Of a DNA stretch of 64,000 nucleotides, positions 53,924-63,889 are shown piece after piece; within the stretch, counting starts at the first letter, position 1, and each line of letters starts with the position of its first letter. The stretch spans positions 1,583 through 65,582 of the forward strand of contig JAIYBC010000024.1 of NCBI GenBank assembly GCA_027488845.1, given 5' to 3'. The translations under genes were made by a program, and so were the position numbers. Source of the DNA: Verrucomicrobiales bacterium (GTDB lineage: Bacteria > Verrucomicrobiota > Verrucomicrobiia > Limisphaerales > UBA9464). The notes beneath the pieces are model-generated. The model saw only the letters and a program-made list of their open reading frames with translations, had not been told where the DNA came from and made no database searches.

Positions 53924-55792
53924 TCACGGGACGGCGGGAAGGCTCTTCAGCCGGGCCTCGTAGCCCCGTGCCTCCCAGTTGTCCCAAGGATTGAGTTCGA
54001 GCGAGAGCCGCACCGCCTCCATGGCCTTCTCGTATTGGCCTCCAGAGAGGTGGTTCCAGGCCAGGGTGTTGAGCACCTTGACGTCGTTGGGCCCAAGCTG
54101 GGCCGCACGTTCGATCTCGGCCGTGGCCTTGGCCAAGTCGCCCAGCCAATGGTGGCAGAGGGCCAGCGACATGCGGGTCCGGGCGTTGTATCGGTTGAGC
54201 ATGGCCGACCGCTCCAACCAGTCGGCCGCTTCCTTGGCCTGCGCCTGCCAGCCATCGAGCCCCTGCCAGCTGACGCGACGCTTCTCCTCTCCGTACCAGT
54301 AGGCGGTCACCGGGTTGTCCGGGACGATCTCGGCCGCGGCCCGCAGGTCGGCGAAGAAGGCGTCGTCGACGGAAGGCCTTTCGAGTGCCCGCACGAGGTG
54401 CCGGCTCTCGGCTCCCGCCTGATAGGCCACCGGCAGCAGCCAGACCACCAGGGCCCCGGACAAGGCCGATGCGGCCAGGCGGGTCAGGAGGTTGGGCGTG
54501 AACCAGAACCGTTCCGTCGCGAACCGCGTGTTGGAGACGACCATGCCGGCCAGGATCGAGGCGGTCACCGCAACCACCGGGACGTGGAGGTTGAAATCGA
54601 AGAAGCAGTGGGCGCCGAAGCCCCCGAGTGCCGTGACGGAACCCGCGAAGAAGGCGGTCCGGTTGCTGGACTTCACGCCGAGGTCCGATGCACCTCGTTC
54701 GACATGCTTCGACGTGCGCACCAACCCGTAGCCAAAAAGTCCGAGTCCAAGTGCTGCGACCGCGGCACCGACGGCACCGTAATCCACGAGCAACTCGAGG
54801 TACTCGTTGTGGACGTGCTGGGGATCGATCTGGTTGGGGCGGTTGCGATAGGCCGGGAAGCGGACGTCGAAATGGGCGGGCCCGACGCCGACCAGCTTGT
54901 GGTCCGACCACATGGCAAGGGCCGGCTTCCAGATCCAGACGCGGGAAAGTCCGCTGTCGGGATTGCCGGCCGCCTGGACCGCCTCCAACCGGGCTCGGGC
55001 CTTGGCGGAACGGGTGGCGAAGATGCCGGCGCCAATGGCGACGACGACGGCAAGGGCGATGACCGGAAGCCGATACTGGGGACGCCGCCACAGCCAAAGG
55101 GAAAACACGGCCAGGGCGACGAGCGTCCCGATCCAACCGCCACGGGACATGCTGACCGCGATCCCGCCCAGCATCATCAGGGCGCCATAGCCATGGAGGA
55201 CCTTCACAATGGCTCCACCCCGGGAAAGGAAGGCGTTGGCCAGGGCGAGCGGCATGATCAGCAGGAGGAATCCCGCGAGGTGGTTCGGGTTCACGAACGT
55301 GCCGCCATACCGCTTGAGATACATGAACGGACGCTCGGCCCAGAGCACCTTGTTGGACTCCTGCAGGCATTGGACCAGGGCATACCCTGCGACCAGTGTG
55401 CCCAAGGTGACGAGACCGTGGACAAACCACCCGCCCGTCTCCTGGCGATGCAGGTTGTGCAGCGCCGCGAAGAACGCGGTCACACAGGTCAAGAGGAGGA
55501 ACAGTTCCATCCTGGAGGCGTAGGGCACGTCCGCAGCGGTGTGACGCCACACTGCGTAGCCGACGAACACGGGAATCACCCAGACCACCGGCGGCAACAG
55601 GAACCGATTCGCGGTCGACGCCCAGATCCGAACCACCCAAAGCACCAGGGCCACGCCGATCGCCCAGGAAGCGATCCAGAATTCGGAGTTGCGGACACCG
55701 CCGAACCAGAGGAGGGACCACGCCACCGCCATCCAGAGGATCAGCGCGATCGATCGCTCTAGAAGGACGTCGAAACCGGATTGGGAACGCAT
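53924..55792 (-). CDS. O-antigen ligase (Wzy_C) family membrane protein fused to C-terminal TPR repeats
   Basis: About 11 TM segments. Contains MSRGGWIGTLVALA and HVHNEYLELLVDYG (Wzy_C-type motifs). C-terminal TPR region (ALCHHWLGDLAKATAEIERAAQLGPNDVKVLNTLAWNHLSGGQYEKAMEAVRLSLELNP). Confidence 0.85.
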   Translation of the reverse strand: MRSQSGFDVLLERSIALILWMAVAWSLLWFGGVRNSEFWIASWAIGVALVLWVVRIWASTANRFLLPPVVWVIPVFVGYAVWRHTAADVPYASRMELFLLLTCVTAFFAALHNLHRQETGGWFVHGLVTLGTLVAGYALVQCLQESNKVLWAERPFMYLKRYGGTFVNPNHLAGFLLLIMPLALANAFLSRGGAIVKVLHGYGALMMLGGIAVSMSRGGWIGTLVALAVFSLWLWRRPQYRLPVIALAVVVAIGAGIFATRSAKARARLEAVQAAGNPDSGLSRVWIWKPALAMWSDHKLVGVGPAHFDVRFPAYRNRPNQIDPQHVHNEYLELLVDYGAVGAAVAALGLGLFGYGLVRTSKHVERGASDLGVKSSNRTAFFAGSVTALGGFGAHCFFDFNLHVPVVAVTASILAGMVVSNTRFATERFWFTPNLLTRLAASALSGALVVWLLPVAYQAGAESRHLVRALERPSVDDAFFADLRAAAEIVPDNPVTAYWYGEEKRRVSWQGLDGWQAQAKEAADWLERSAMLNRYNARTRMSLALCHHWLGDLAKATAEIERAAQLGPNDVKVLNTLAWNHLSGGQYEKAMEAVRLSLELNPWDNWEARGYEARLKSLPAVP

Positions 55793-56066
55793 CGGATTCA
55801 GGTACGTTAACGCACCCGTTCCCAGCCGGGAAAGAATTAGAGACGCGAAAACCGGACCTTGGCGTCGGGAGACTTCCCGGCGGACACCAAGGTTTCAACA
55901 AGTGCCGGCCCCGGGACGGATCAGCCGGATCCATTCAATCGAATCCATAAGGGACCTCACGCAGGATCACAGGGGCGCCAACGGAGATCTGGATCCGGGG
56001 CCGAGGTGGAAAAGAGAAACGCGCCTTCGGCATTTCCACCGAATAAGCCGAGGTCGTTCTTCCGTC

Positions 56067-56119
56067 CGCTTCGCGGCTTGGCGCCTTGGCGTGAGGGTCC
56101 GTCCCGAATTGGGTCCGAT
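56067..56119 (-). repeat. stop-codon-abutting repeat, copy B (directly after the GH13-GH133 gene TGA)
   Basis: The core ttcgcggcttggcgccttggcgtgagg at 56070-56096 is 26/27 identical to 1924-1950. Flanks are similar. Confidence 0.75.
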
Positions 56120-59100
56120 TCAGCGGAGGCGTCTGCCCAGAGCCTGCCAGACCCGCAGGACCTCGGTGACGCTCCACGCCTGGGCGTCGCAGCCACGGGC
56201 GGTGTGCGGGGCGTCGCCGTCGACGATCTCAGGCAACTGCCCCAGGCATCCCGTCTGCAGCCAGTGGTCCACGCTTCCGAGATAGGCCCGAGCCGCCGCC
56301 ACCGCCGACGGTCCGGCATCATGGGCCTTGACCAAGGCCTCGCAGAACGCGGGGAAGGTCCAGACCCACGCCGTCCCGTTGTGGTAGGCGGGCTTGCGGC
56401 GGGTGTCCTCGTCGCCTTCGTAACGCCCCCAGTAGGGACGGTCGGGATCGTTGAGCAGACGTCCGTGGTGCCAGACCGGAAGCGGCGGCGTGACCGGAAG
56501 CGGCGCCAGGGATCGCAGCGCGCCCGGCACCAGGAGATGTCGGCAGGCCGACTCGACCGTACGACGGGCGCGATCACCGGTGACCAGATCCAGGGCAACC
56601 GCGAGCAGCGCATTGCTGCGGAGGGCGTCGTCGGGCGGGGAGGTCCTCGCCGGATGCCCCTTCTCCGCATGGAGGCAGTCCGAGAACCAACCCTTCTGCT
56701 CGAGCCAGAAGTACTGGTGGAAGGACTTCTCGGTGCGCCGCGCCAGGTCTCCCCAGGACTCGCCCCGGCCATCCCATGGCTCGGCACGCAACCGGTCCAA
56801 CTGCCGCAGCAACCGGATCCAGAGGACCTGGATCTCGACCGGATACCCCTGTCGCGGGGTGCCGGCGGGATGGTTGGTGTCCATCCAGGTGAAGTGGGAT
56901 GGGCTCCAGACCAGCCCGCTGGCGTGATCGACGACGATTCCATTGGACGGACCGGAGAGATACCCGCAGGCGATCGAGCGCAGGACCTCGCGGACCGTGC
57001 GGCCCCGGGCGTCGCCGGTGCCCAGGTTGTAGATGGCTTCCGCTCCGGCGGGATCCGAAGCCGCCAGCTCCTCGGCAACGATGCCGTACCAAAGCGGGGC
57101 GTCGCTGGTCTCGCGGTTCGATGCGTTCTCCCCGTGGATCGAGTTCGGAAGTGTGCCGCCCTCTTCGAAACGTCCGAACGTCATCAGCAGACCACGGACC
57201 TCGTCGTGCAACCCGGCCGCGACGAGCCCTCGGGCGGCGATCAACGAGTCGCGACCCCAGTCGAGGAACCACGGGTAGCCGGCGATCACCGTCCGGGCGT
57301 CGTCGCGCCGCACCAGGAACGCATGCGCCGCCCGACGCAGGGCGGCGACGAACGGATCCTCGCCTTCCACCGCCGAGGCCATCGTGTCGACGCGGTTCCG
57401 GACGAAGTGCTCCACCCGCTCGGGCGATGGCGGGGCCGGGGAAGCCACGACCAGCGACGAGACCGCGCCCGGCGCCAGGGGGATCTCGAACCATCCCGGG
57501 CTGTAGGCGTCGCCGGCACCTTCCATGCCACGGCTGGCCTCCACCGTGTGCGGGATGTCACGGCACCATTCCGGAGCCCCGTGGTACTCGCCGGAGGTCG
57601 CGTACACCGTCAGAACGCGCTCCGGTGCCGGGGCAAAACGGAAGCCGTTGAAGTGCGGCTGCTCACCGGAGGCGGTCGGGCCGACCGTCGTCGGACGCGT
57701 GTTGGCCGCGAAATGGTACTCGGACCCGCCGTTGAGCTTGGTCTCCCAGTGGAAGTTCCGGTCCTCGATGTCGACACGGACCGTGAGGCGGACGTCGCTG
57801 CCCTCGGGAAGCGGCGAACCGAGCCGCGAGTCGGCCCGGGAAGCCGACGCACGGCTGAAGGCGAGAACGGTGGCGTTTTCGCCGTCCAGCATGTCGGCGA
57901 CCAGGTGGATCTCCACGCAGCGGCCGTCGCCGGCGTTGGCGACGAAACGCCAGTGGGCGGGAGGCCCCGGCTCGAAGCTGACGAGGTTCGTGGCATCGAG
58001 CGGCGAGATGAAGCCGTCGGCGTTCACCCAGGCGCGGACGCGCTTCGCGAACACGTGCCGGTCCACCGGCACCTCGGGATGGAGGTTGGCGCCAAGCAGG
58101 CAGTCGTACTTCGAACGGATCTTCCCGAGGTCGACCGCCATGCGGGCCATCCCGCCGCGGCCGTTGGTGAGAAGCACCAGCGAATCCGCCGGCGGCTGCG
58201 TCTGGGGCACCGCCCCGAAACGCGGCACCGCGGCCAAACCACGGATCTCCCCTTGGACGGAGTCGACGACGGCGCCGTACCGCTCCAGGACCAGCCGCAG
58301 GTCGCCCGGCAGGAGGGTGTCCGGGGCAAACGCGGCGACATGGCCAACCGAGGTCGGCAGGGACTCCGTGTGGTGCCCGGAGCCGCCCCGCAACGAGCGG
58401 AGGCTCGCCCGGAACGGAACGGAATCCACCAGCAGCAACCAATGTCCCGGAGGCACCGGTACGATCCGTCGGGTGTCCTCCGGGGTCCAGGTCACCACGG
58501 CGCGGTAGGAAGACGGCGCACCCGTGTCCGCGACCGCGGCCGCGAGCAGCCCGGCCGGGTCGCGGTCCACCCATTGCGCAACCGAACGCCAGTCGTCGGA
58601 AGGGACCGCCGACGCAGAACGGACCGCCCCCCACCGGGCATAACCCCAGTCGGCCTGAAGCCGTCGGAGGACACGCAGGCGGCCTTCCTCGGGCGACGGC
58701 GACGGCTTCGACGAAAGGCAGTGCGCGGAGCCCGGTTCCACCGTGAGCACCACGTCCACCCCGTCCTGTTCAGCCTTCACCGTGGACTTCGCCCCGGCCT
58801 GGAGCAGGTCCAGCGAAGGGCGATCCAGCTCGGCCCACGTCGACGCCGGGACCCGCAGGCGACGTACGTCGTCGAAATCGGTGTTCAACAGGACCAGGCA
58901 GCGGTGGTCGCCGTCGGCGGAATCGCGGCGCAGCGCGTAAACCGGCGACCCGGGCGGGCTGACCCGCCGCAGCACGGCGTCCCCATGGAAGCAAGGATGC
59001 CCCACCAGGAGCCGATTCAGGTCGCCCAGTTCCGGCACGAGGTTCGACGGCGAACCCCAGGAGAGCCCACGGCTGCTGTGGACGTTGATCTGTTCCGTGG

Positions 59101-60502
59101 CGCACCACTCGACGCCGCAGGTGAAGCCGAAGCCGCCGCCGATGCTGGTCAGGGCGCAGAGGCGGTTCCGGAACAGCGACCAACGACGTCCCTGTTCCGT
59201 GGCCGGTTCTCCCGGGATCCCGCCGTTGGCCGCCAGGCGCGAGTTGTCATGGGTCTCGCTGTAGTGGATGAGTGTGCCGGTCTGCGGACTGGACCTCAGG
59301 TGGTGGTCCAGATAGCCGCCGATCCCCTCGGCCCCGTGGTTCTGGAAGAGTTCGCTGTAGGCCCATTGCATGCCGCCCTCGGTCAGGCAGGCCTCGGTCG
59401 CCTCCCACGGGCCACCCAACCCCTCCAGCAGGAAGACCGTTTCCGGGAACTCGCCACGGACCTTGGCGGTGATGAACTGCCAGACGTGCGGCGGCACCTT
59501 GTACCCGGCGTCGCAACGGAAGCCGTCCACACCGCGCCGACACCAGGTCAGGAACACCTCGGCGAGATGGTCCCACAGTGCGACGTGCCGCTGGTCCATC
59601 TCCACCAGGTCCTCCCAGACCACATCCCAGGCGCCGGGGGACTCGTACTCGCCGTCCGCCTTCTTCACGAACCACTCCGGATGCTCCTCCCATTCCACGC
59701 TGCCCCAGCCGGTGTGGTTGATCACCAGGTCGAGCATCAGGCGCGCGCCCTTCGCATGGACGGCCCTCGCCAGTTCGAGGAACTGGTCCACGCCGTTGGT
59801 CCGCTTGTCGAATTCCACCAGCGCGGGATCCACCGCGGTGAGATGCTGGACCGCGTAGGGCGATCCGAAGCGGCCGAAGCGCGCGAAGGTGGTCGGAACC
59901 GGACTCACCGGCAGCAGATGGAGGATCCGGCAGCCCAGGGTGTCCACGATGTGCGGGATCTCCGCCACGAGCCCCCGCAGCGTGCCGCTCGGCGGGATGA
60001 CGGTGAAGCCGGCCGAATCCAACGCCTTCAACTCCGGCGTCTCATGGTCCGCACGGGTCGTCACCCGGTGCTTCGACCAGTCGCCGAACATCCGCGGAAA
60101 GGCGCAGTAGATGGTGTTGCCCGAGCGCGTCCACGAGGGATGGACGCCGATCCCGATGTCCGGTCCGGGCGGCCAGAACTGGCGGCCGCGCGGGTCCACG
60201 GCGTAGGCCTTCGCCTTGAAGTGCCCCACCTCGGTGAGCGGCAACGTCAGGCTCCAGCTTCCGTCGGCCCCACGCCCCATCGGCAGGTCCCGCCAAGCGG
60301 CCCCGGCCAGCGGGAGCTTCTGGAAATGGGACCGGACGATCTCGTCGCGGATGGGCGCCGCCCTTCCGACATTGGTCCGCAGCCGCGCGGTCCAGCCCGC
60401 CGGCAGGGCCTCCCCTTCGCAGCGGAGGATGACGGTCAGGAAATCGCCGGCGTGCCGCACGGTGCGGTGGCCGGGTTCGGGCGACATCTCGAGACGGGGC
60501 AT
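56120..60502 (-). CDS. 1460-aa fusion of a GH13 alpha-amylase-family catalytic domain and a C-terminal amylo-alpha-1,6-glucosidase (GDE_C/GH133-like) domain; glycogen-debranching-type enzyme
   Basis: GH13 regions I-IV: DLVINHTG, GFRCDAGYK, FLLEGLG, YSETHDN. C-terminal GDE_C-like motifs: GYPWFLDWGRDSLIA, GTLPNSI, HFTWMDT, YPVEIQVLW, YHNGTAWVWTFP, CDAQAWSVTEVLRVW. Start chosen at ATG 60500-60502 (MPRLEM). The ORF-track start at 60739 overlaps the DUF885 gene. Confidence 0.85.
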   Translation of the reverse strand: MPRLEMSPEPGHRTVRHAGDFLTVILRCEGEALPAGWTARLRTNVGRAAPIRDEIVRSHFQKLPLAGAAWRDLPMGRGADGSWSLTLPLTEVGHFKAKAYAVDPRGRQFWPPGPDIGIGVHPSWTRSGNTIYCAFPRMFGDWSKHRVTTRADHETPELKALDSAGFTVIPPSGTLRGLVAEIPHIVDTLGCRILHLLPVSPVPTTFARFGRFGSPYAVQHLTAVDPALVEFDKRTNGVDQFLELARAVHAKGARLMLDLVINHTGWGSVEWEEHPEWFVKKADGEYESPGAWDVVWEDLVEMDQRHVALWDHLAEVFLTWCRRGVDGFRCDAGYKVPPHVWQFITAKVRGEFPETVFLLEGLGGPWEATEACLTEGGMQWAYSELFQNHGAEGIGGYLDHHLRSSPQTGTLIHYSETHDNSRLAANGGIPGEPATEQGRRWSLFRNRLCALTSIGGGFGFTCGVEWCATEQINVHSSRGLSWGSPSNLVPELGDLNRLLVGHPCFHGDAVLRRVSPPGSPVYALRRDSADGDHRCLVLLNTDFDDVRRLRVPASTWAELDRPSLDLLQAGAKSTVKAEQDGVDVVLTVEPGSAHCLSSKPSPSPEEGRLRVLRRLQADWGYARWGAVRSASAVPSDDWRSVAQWVDRDPAGLLAAAVADTGAPSSYRAVVTWTPEDTRRIVPVPPGHWLLLVDSVPFRASLRSLRGGSGHHTESLPTSVGHVAAFAPDTLLPGDLRLVLERYGAVVDSVQGEIRGLAAVPRFGAVPQTQPPADSLVLLTNGRGGMARMAVDLGKIRSKYDCLLGANLHPEVPVDRHVFAKRVRAWVNADGFISPLDATNLVSFEPGPPAHWRFVANAGDGRCVEIHLVADMLDGENATVLAFSRASASRADSRLGSPLPEGSDVRLTVRVDIEDRNFHWETKLNGGSEYHFAANTRPTTVGPTASGEQPHFNGFRFAPAPERVLTVYATSGEYHGAPEWCRDIPHTVEASRGMEGAGDAYSPGWFEIPLAPGAVSSLVVASPAPPSPERVEHFVRNRVDTMASAVEGEDPFVAALRRAAHAFLVRRDDARTVIAGYPWFLDWGRDSLIAARGLVAAGLHDEVRGLLMTFGRFEEGGTLPNSIHGENASNRETSDAPLWYGIVAEELAASDPAGAEAIYNLGTGDARGRTVREVLRSIACGYLSGPSNGIVVDHASGLVWSPSHFTWMDTNHPAGTPRQGYPVEIQVLWIRLLRQLDRLRAEPWDGRGESWGDLARRTEKSFHQYFWLEQKGWFSDCLHAEKGHPARTSPPDDALRSNALLAVALDLVTGDRARRTVESACRHLLVPGALRSLAPLPVTPPLPVWHHGRLLNDPDRPYWGRYEGDEDTRRKPAYHNGTAWVWTFPAFCEALVKAHDAGPSAVAAARAYLGSVDHWLQTGCLGQLPEIVDGDAPHTARGCDAQAWSVTEVLRVWQALGRRLR

Positions 60503-60638
60503 GGAACTGGAGTTGGGTTGGACGGCCGGGTCGAGCGCGCCCGGCGGCAGTCTGTTTCGGATGCGGCGGGCAGGGCAACGGACAACCGGCCGGAATCGAA
60601 GGATTCCACGACCGCCCTCCCGTTGGCCCCGGACGACG

Positions 60639-62462
60639 TCAGGCCTTGGCCTTGCGGTCCGCGATCCAGCGTTCGATCCGGCCTTCCAACACATCCAACG
60701 GCAACGCCCCCTTCTCCAGCACCGCATCATGGAAGGCACGCAGGTCGAACTTCGGACCGAGCGCCGCCTCCGCCTTGCGCCGCAGTTCCTGGATCTTCAG
60801 CTCGCCGATCTTGTAGGCGAGCGCCTGCCCCGGCCAGACGATGTAGCGGTCGACCTCGACCACGATGTCGTGCTCGTTCTTGCCGGCATTGGCCTTGAAG
60901 AAGTCGATCGCCTGCTGGCGGCTCCAGCCCAGCGAATGCATGCCGGTGTCCACCACCAACCGGATCGCCCGCCACATCTCGTAGGTCAGCTGGCCGAACT
61001 TGCTGTAGGGATCCTGGTACAGCCCGATCTCCGCCCCCAGGCTCTCCGCGTAGAGCGCCCAGCCTTCCACGAACACCGTGGTCTCGGAATACTTCTGGAA
61101 CTCCGGGACCTCCTCCAGCTCCTGCGACAACGCGATCTGCAGATGGTGCCCAGGCACCGCCTCGTGCAGCGTCAGCGCCTCCATCTCCCACTTCGGCCGC
61201 GTCTCCAGCGCATAGGTGTTCGCGTAGAAGTTGCCGGGGCGTCCGAACGTCCAAGCGCCCGGTTGGTAGTAGGCCGTGGTCTGCGACTTCTCGGCGTAGC
61301 TCGGGATGGGCATCACCCCGTAGGGCAGTCGCGGCAGCTTCCCGAAAAGCCGGGGAAGCTCGCCGTCGATGCGCTTCGAGATGTCGCGGTAGCCGGCCAG
61401 GAGGCCCGCCGCGGTGTCGAACTGGAACCGCTTGTCGGACCGCAGGAACTCGAGGAAGCCGGGGAACGAACCGGCGAATCCGGTCTTCCGCATGATCGTC
61501 TCCATCTCCGACCGGATGCGCTTCACCTCCGACTGCCCGACGTCGTGGATCTGCCGCGGCGTGAGGTCGGTGGTGGTGGAACGCCGCACCGCATGCGCAT
61601 ACCAGGCTTCGCCGTCCGGCAACGCCGTGCAGGCGATCGTCTCGCGGGATTTCGGCACGTATTCGTCGACCAGGAACCGGTGGAGCTCCCGGTACGCGGG
61701 ATAGACCGCGTTGGTCAGCACCGAGGACGCCGCCGCCTGCAGACGCACCTTCTCGGACTCCGGGATCGAGGGCGGAATCTCGGCGAACCGCCGGAACATA
61801 GGGCTCTTCCGCGGATCCTCGGGAACCTGGTTGAGCACCTGCTGCGGCACATCCCGCAACGTGATGCGCGGCGCGCTGATTCCCCGGGCCAAGCCGCCCC
61901 GCATCAGCCCGATGTTCTGCCGGATCAACACCGGCGCCTTCTCCAGCCTCCGGAGCATGTCCTCGTAGTCCCCGACCGATCCACCGGGCATGATCGAGAG
62001 CGTCTGCGCCACGTCCTGCTGGACTCCGTTCATCTGGGTCAATGGCATCAGCTCGGCCGGGAAACGCAGGCCCGCCTCGTCCCGTCGCAAACCACGGTCG
62101 AACAGCTCCAGCCAGAACCGGTCGTCCGCGGAGAGGCGCGCGGAGTCGATGGAACGCAGGACGGCACGCGGCCGGGCCAGCTCCGCCTTCTGGCGGGCGA
62201 TCGATTCCGGCGAGAGATCCGACCAACGGTCGTTGACGCCCTTGTACCCGTTGTAGGTGGCCGCCTCCGGGGTGGATTCCATCAGATAGGACCAATGCAG
62301 ACCGAGGAACCGGTGGAAGCGCGACGACTCGTCGTCCTGTCCCGCCGAGCGCACCAGCTGGTCGTATTCCGCCGACCAGGCGGCCGGGGTCTTTTCAGCG
62401 GCGTGGGAGGACGGGTCCAGGACGGCCACCGAGGCCGCGGCGATCAACCAGCGTCGAAGCAT
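60639..62462 (-). CDS. DUF885 family protein (putative metallopeptidase-like), exported
   Basis: Signal peptide MLRRWLIAAASVAVL. HEAVPGHHLQ motif and the overall DUF885 pattern (WRAIRLVVDTGMH, GQALAYKIGELKI). Confidence 0.85.
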   Translation of the reverse strand: MLRRWLIAAASVAVLDPSSHAAEKTPAAWSAEYDQLVRSAGQDDESSRFHRFLGLHWSYLMESTPEAATYNGYKGVNDRWSDLSPESIARQKAELARPRAVLRSIDSARLSADDRFWLELFDRGLRRDEAGLRFPAELMPLTQMNGVQQDVAQTLSIMPGGSVGDYEDMLRRLEKAPVLIRQNIGLMRGGLARGISAPRITLRDVPQQVLNQVPEDPRKSPMFRRFAEIPPSIPESEKVRLQAAASSVLTNAVYPAYRELHRFLVDEYVPKSRETIACTALPDGEAWYAHAVRRSTTTDLTPRQIHDVGQSEVKRIRSEMETIMRKTGFAGSFPGFLEFLRSDKRFQFDTAAGLLAGYRDISKRIDGELPRLFGKLPRLPYGVMPIPSYAEKSQTTAYYQPGAWTFGRPGNFYANTYALETRPKWEMEALTLHEAVPGHHLQIALSQELEEVPEFQKYSETTVFVEGWALYAESLGAEIGLYQDPYSKFGQLTYEMWRAIRLVVDTGMHSLGWSRQQAIDFFKANAGKNEHDIVVEVDRYIVWPGQALAYKIGELKIQELRRKAEAALGPKFDLRAFHDAVLEKGALPLDVLEGRIERWIADRKAKA

Positions 62463-62615
62463 GTCGCCAGCCTCGACGAAACCGACCGCTCGGAAAGGAG
62501 GAAGTGGAAGACCGGTTGCAATCGAGATTCCGGATCTCCGATTCCCGACTTCGTCAAATGGCCTCGGCCGTAAGGCCGCGGCTCCGCGTTCCGATCCCGC
62601 CTGAACGCCGCCGCC

Positions 62616-63695
62616 TCATCCCGCCTGCGTTCCCTGCACCACCACCACCTTCAACGACTCCGGCGTGGGTTTCGCGGCCAACGCCACCGCGTCGGAAGTC
62701 GATTCGAGCGGGAAGGTGTGGGTGATCAGCTCCCGCACATCCAACCTTCGCGAGAAAACCAACCGAGCAACCTCCCGTTGCAGGGTGAAGTCGGAGGAAT
62801 AGCTTCCGCCGAGGGATTTCTCGTCGACACAGACCACGCCGAGGTCCACCGGCGCGGTCTTGCCGCGGACCGTGTGGGCGAACAGCAGCACCGTTCCCCC
62901 GCCCCGCAATGCCGCCTGGGCCTGCGCCACCACGGCGTCCACCGGCACACAGATGACCGCCGCATCGAGACCGCGACCCTGGGTCAGCTTGCCCAGCTTG
63001 CCCATCAGCTCCGGATCCGCGCCGTCCGCGGTCTTCCATGCGCCGAAGGACTTCGCAAGCCGGCGACGGGACTCGATCAGGTCGGTGGCGACCACCCGGA
63101 TTCCCTGGAGCGCCAACAATCGGATGAACAGCAGCCCAATGGGACCGGCGCCGGCCACCAACACGATGTCATCGGCCAAGAGGGGAAGTTGCCGGATGCC
63201 CTTCAACACCGTGTTCACCGGCTCCAGCATCGCCCCTTCAAGAAAGGAGTTCCTCGCCGGGATCTTCACCACCCCAGGCAGGCAGAAGTCCATGACCCGG
63301 ACATATTCCGCGTAGCCGCCACCGGCCGGCTCGAAGCCTGCGGTGATGCCAGTTCGCTTGTAGGTCTCGCACTGGGCGAAGGCGCGATGACGGCAGAAAT
63401 GGCAGTCCATGCACGGCACATGGTGATGCAGTCCCACGCGGTCGCCCACGGCGAGGCCGCGGACCCCGGCCCCGGCCTTCACGATCGTACCGGCCGTTTC
63501 GTGACCATAGATCCTGGGCGGCACCTGCGTGCCCTGATGGATCTTCTTGATGTCCGTTGGGCAGACCCCGCAGGCGGCGACCTGGACCAGGATCTCATTC
63601 TTCCCAATCCGCGGCACCGGAACGGATTCCACCCGGAGATCGTCCACCCCGCGGTACACCACCGCCTTCATGTTCTTGGGAATCGGACGGTTCAT
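62616..63695 (-). CDS. zinc-dependent medium-chain alcohol/polyol dehydrogenase
   Basis: CGVCPTD, GHETAG and GAGPIGL motifs. Start at ATG 63693-63695 (MNRPIPKNMKAVVY). Confidence 0.9.
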   Translation of the reverse strand: MNRPIPKNMKAVVYRGVDDLRVESVPVPRIGKNEILVQVAACGVCPTDIKKIHQGTQVPPRIYGHETAGTIVKAGAGVRGLAVGDRVGLHHHVPCMDCHFCRHRAFAQCETYKRTGITAGFEPAGGGYAEYVRVMDFCLPGVVKIPARNSFLEGAMLEPVNTVLKGIRQLPLLADDIVLVAGAGPIGLLFIRLLALQGIRVVATDLIESRRRLAKSFGAWKTADGADPELMGKLGKLTQGRGLDAAVICVPVDAVVAQAQAALRGGGTVLLFAHTVRGKTAPVDLGVVCVDEKSLGGSYSSDFTLQREVARLVFSRRLDVRELITHTFPLESTSDAVALAAKPTPESLKVVVVQGTQAG

Positions 63696-63865
63696 GGAAG
63701 GAATCCTAAGGCGAAGGGTTGAAGGGTTGAAAGTGCAACAGGCCGATGGGCCGATAAGCCGCTGCGGCAAGAATGCTTCGATACTTTCCCCATTTTGGGG
63801 ACACGTCCTACCGAGTGGGTGAAGGAGCCCCCGCGGCCGAGTGAAGCGCGCGGGCGCCGAGGAGT

Positions 63866-63889
63866 GCGCGAGACCGCTCGCGCTTTTCT
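63866..63889 (+). terminator. orphan intrinsic-terminator-like hairpin
   Basis: gcgcgag-accg-ctcgcgc followed by ttttct. No convincing plus-strand protein gene lies upstream. Confidence 0.5.

Noticed and set aside
55859-60898. 1679-aa ORF on the plus strand
   Set aside because: It is antisense to the GH13-GH133 gene, whose four GH13 regions and GDE_C motifs establish the true frame. The composition is typical of a shadow ORF.
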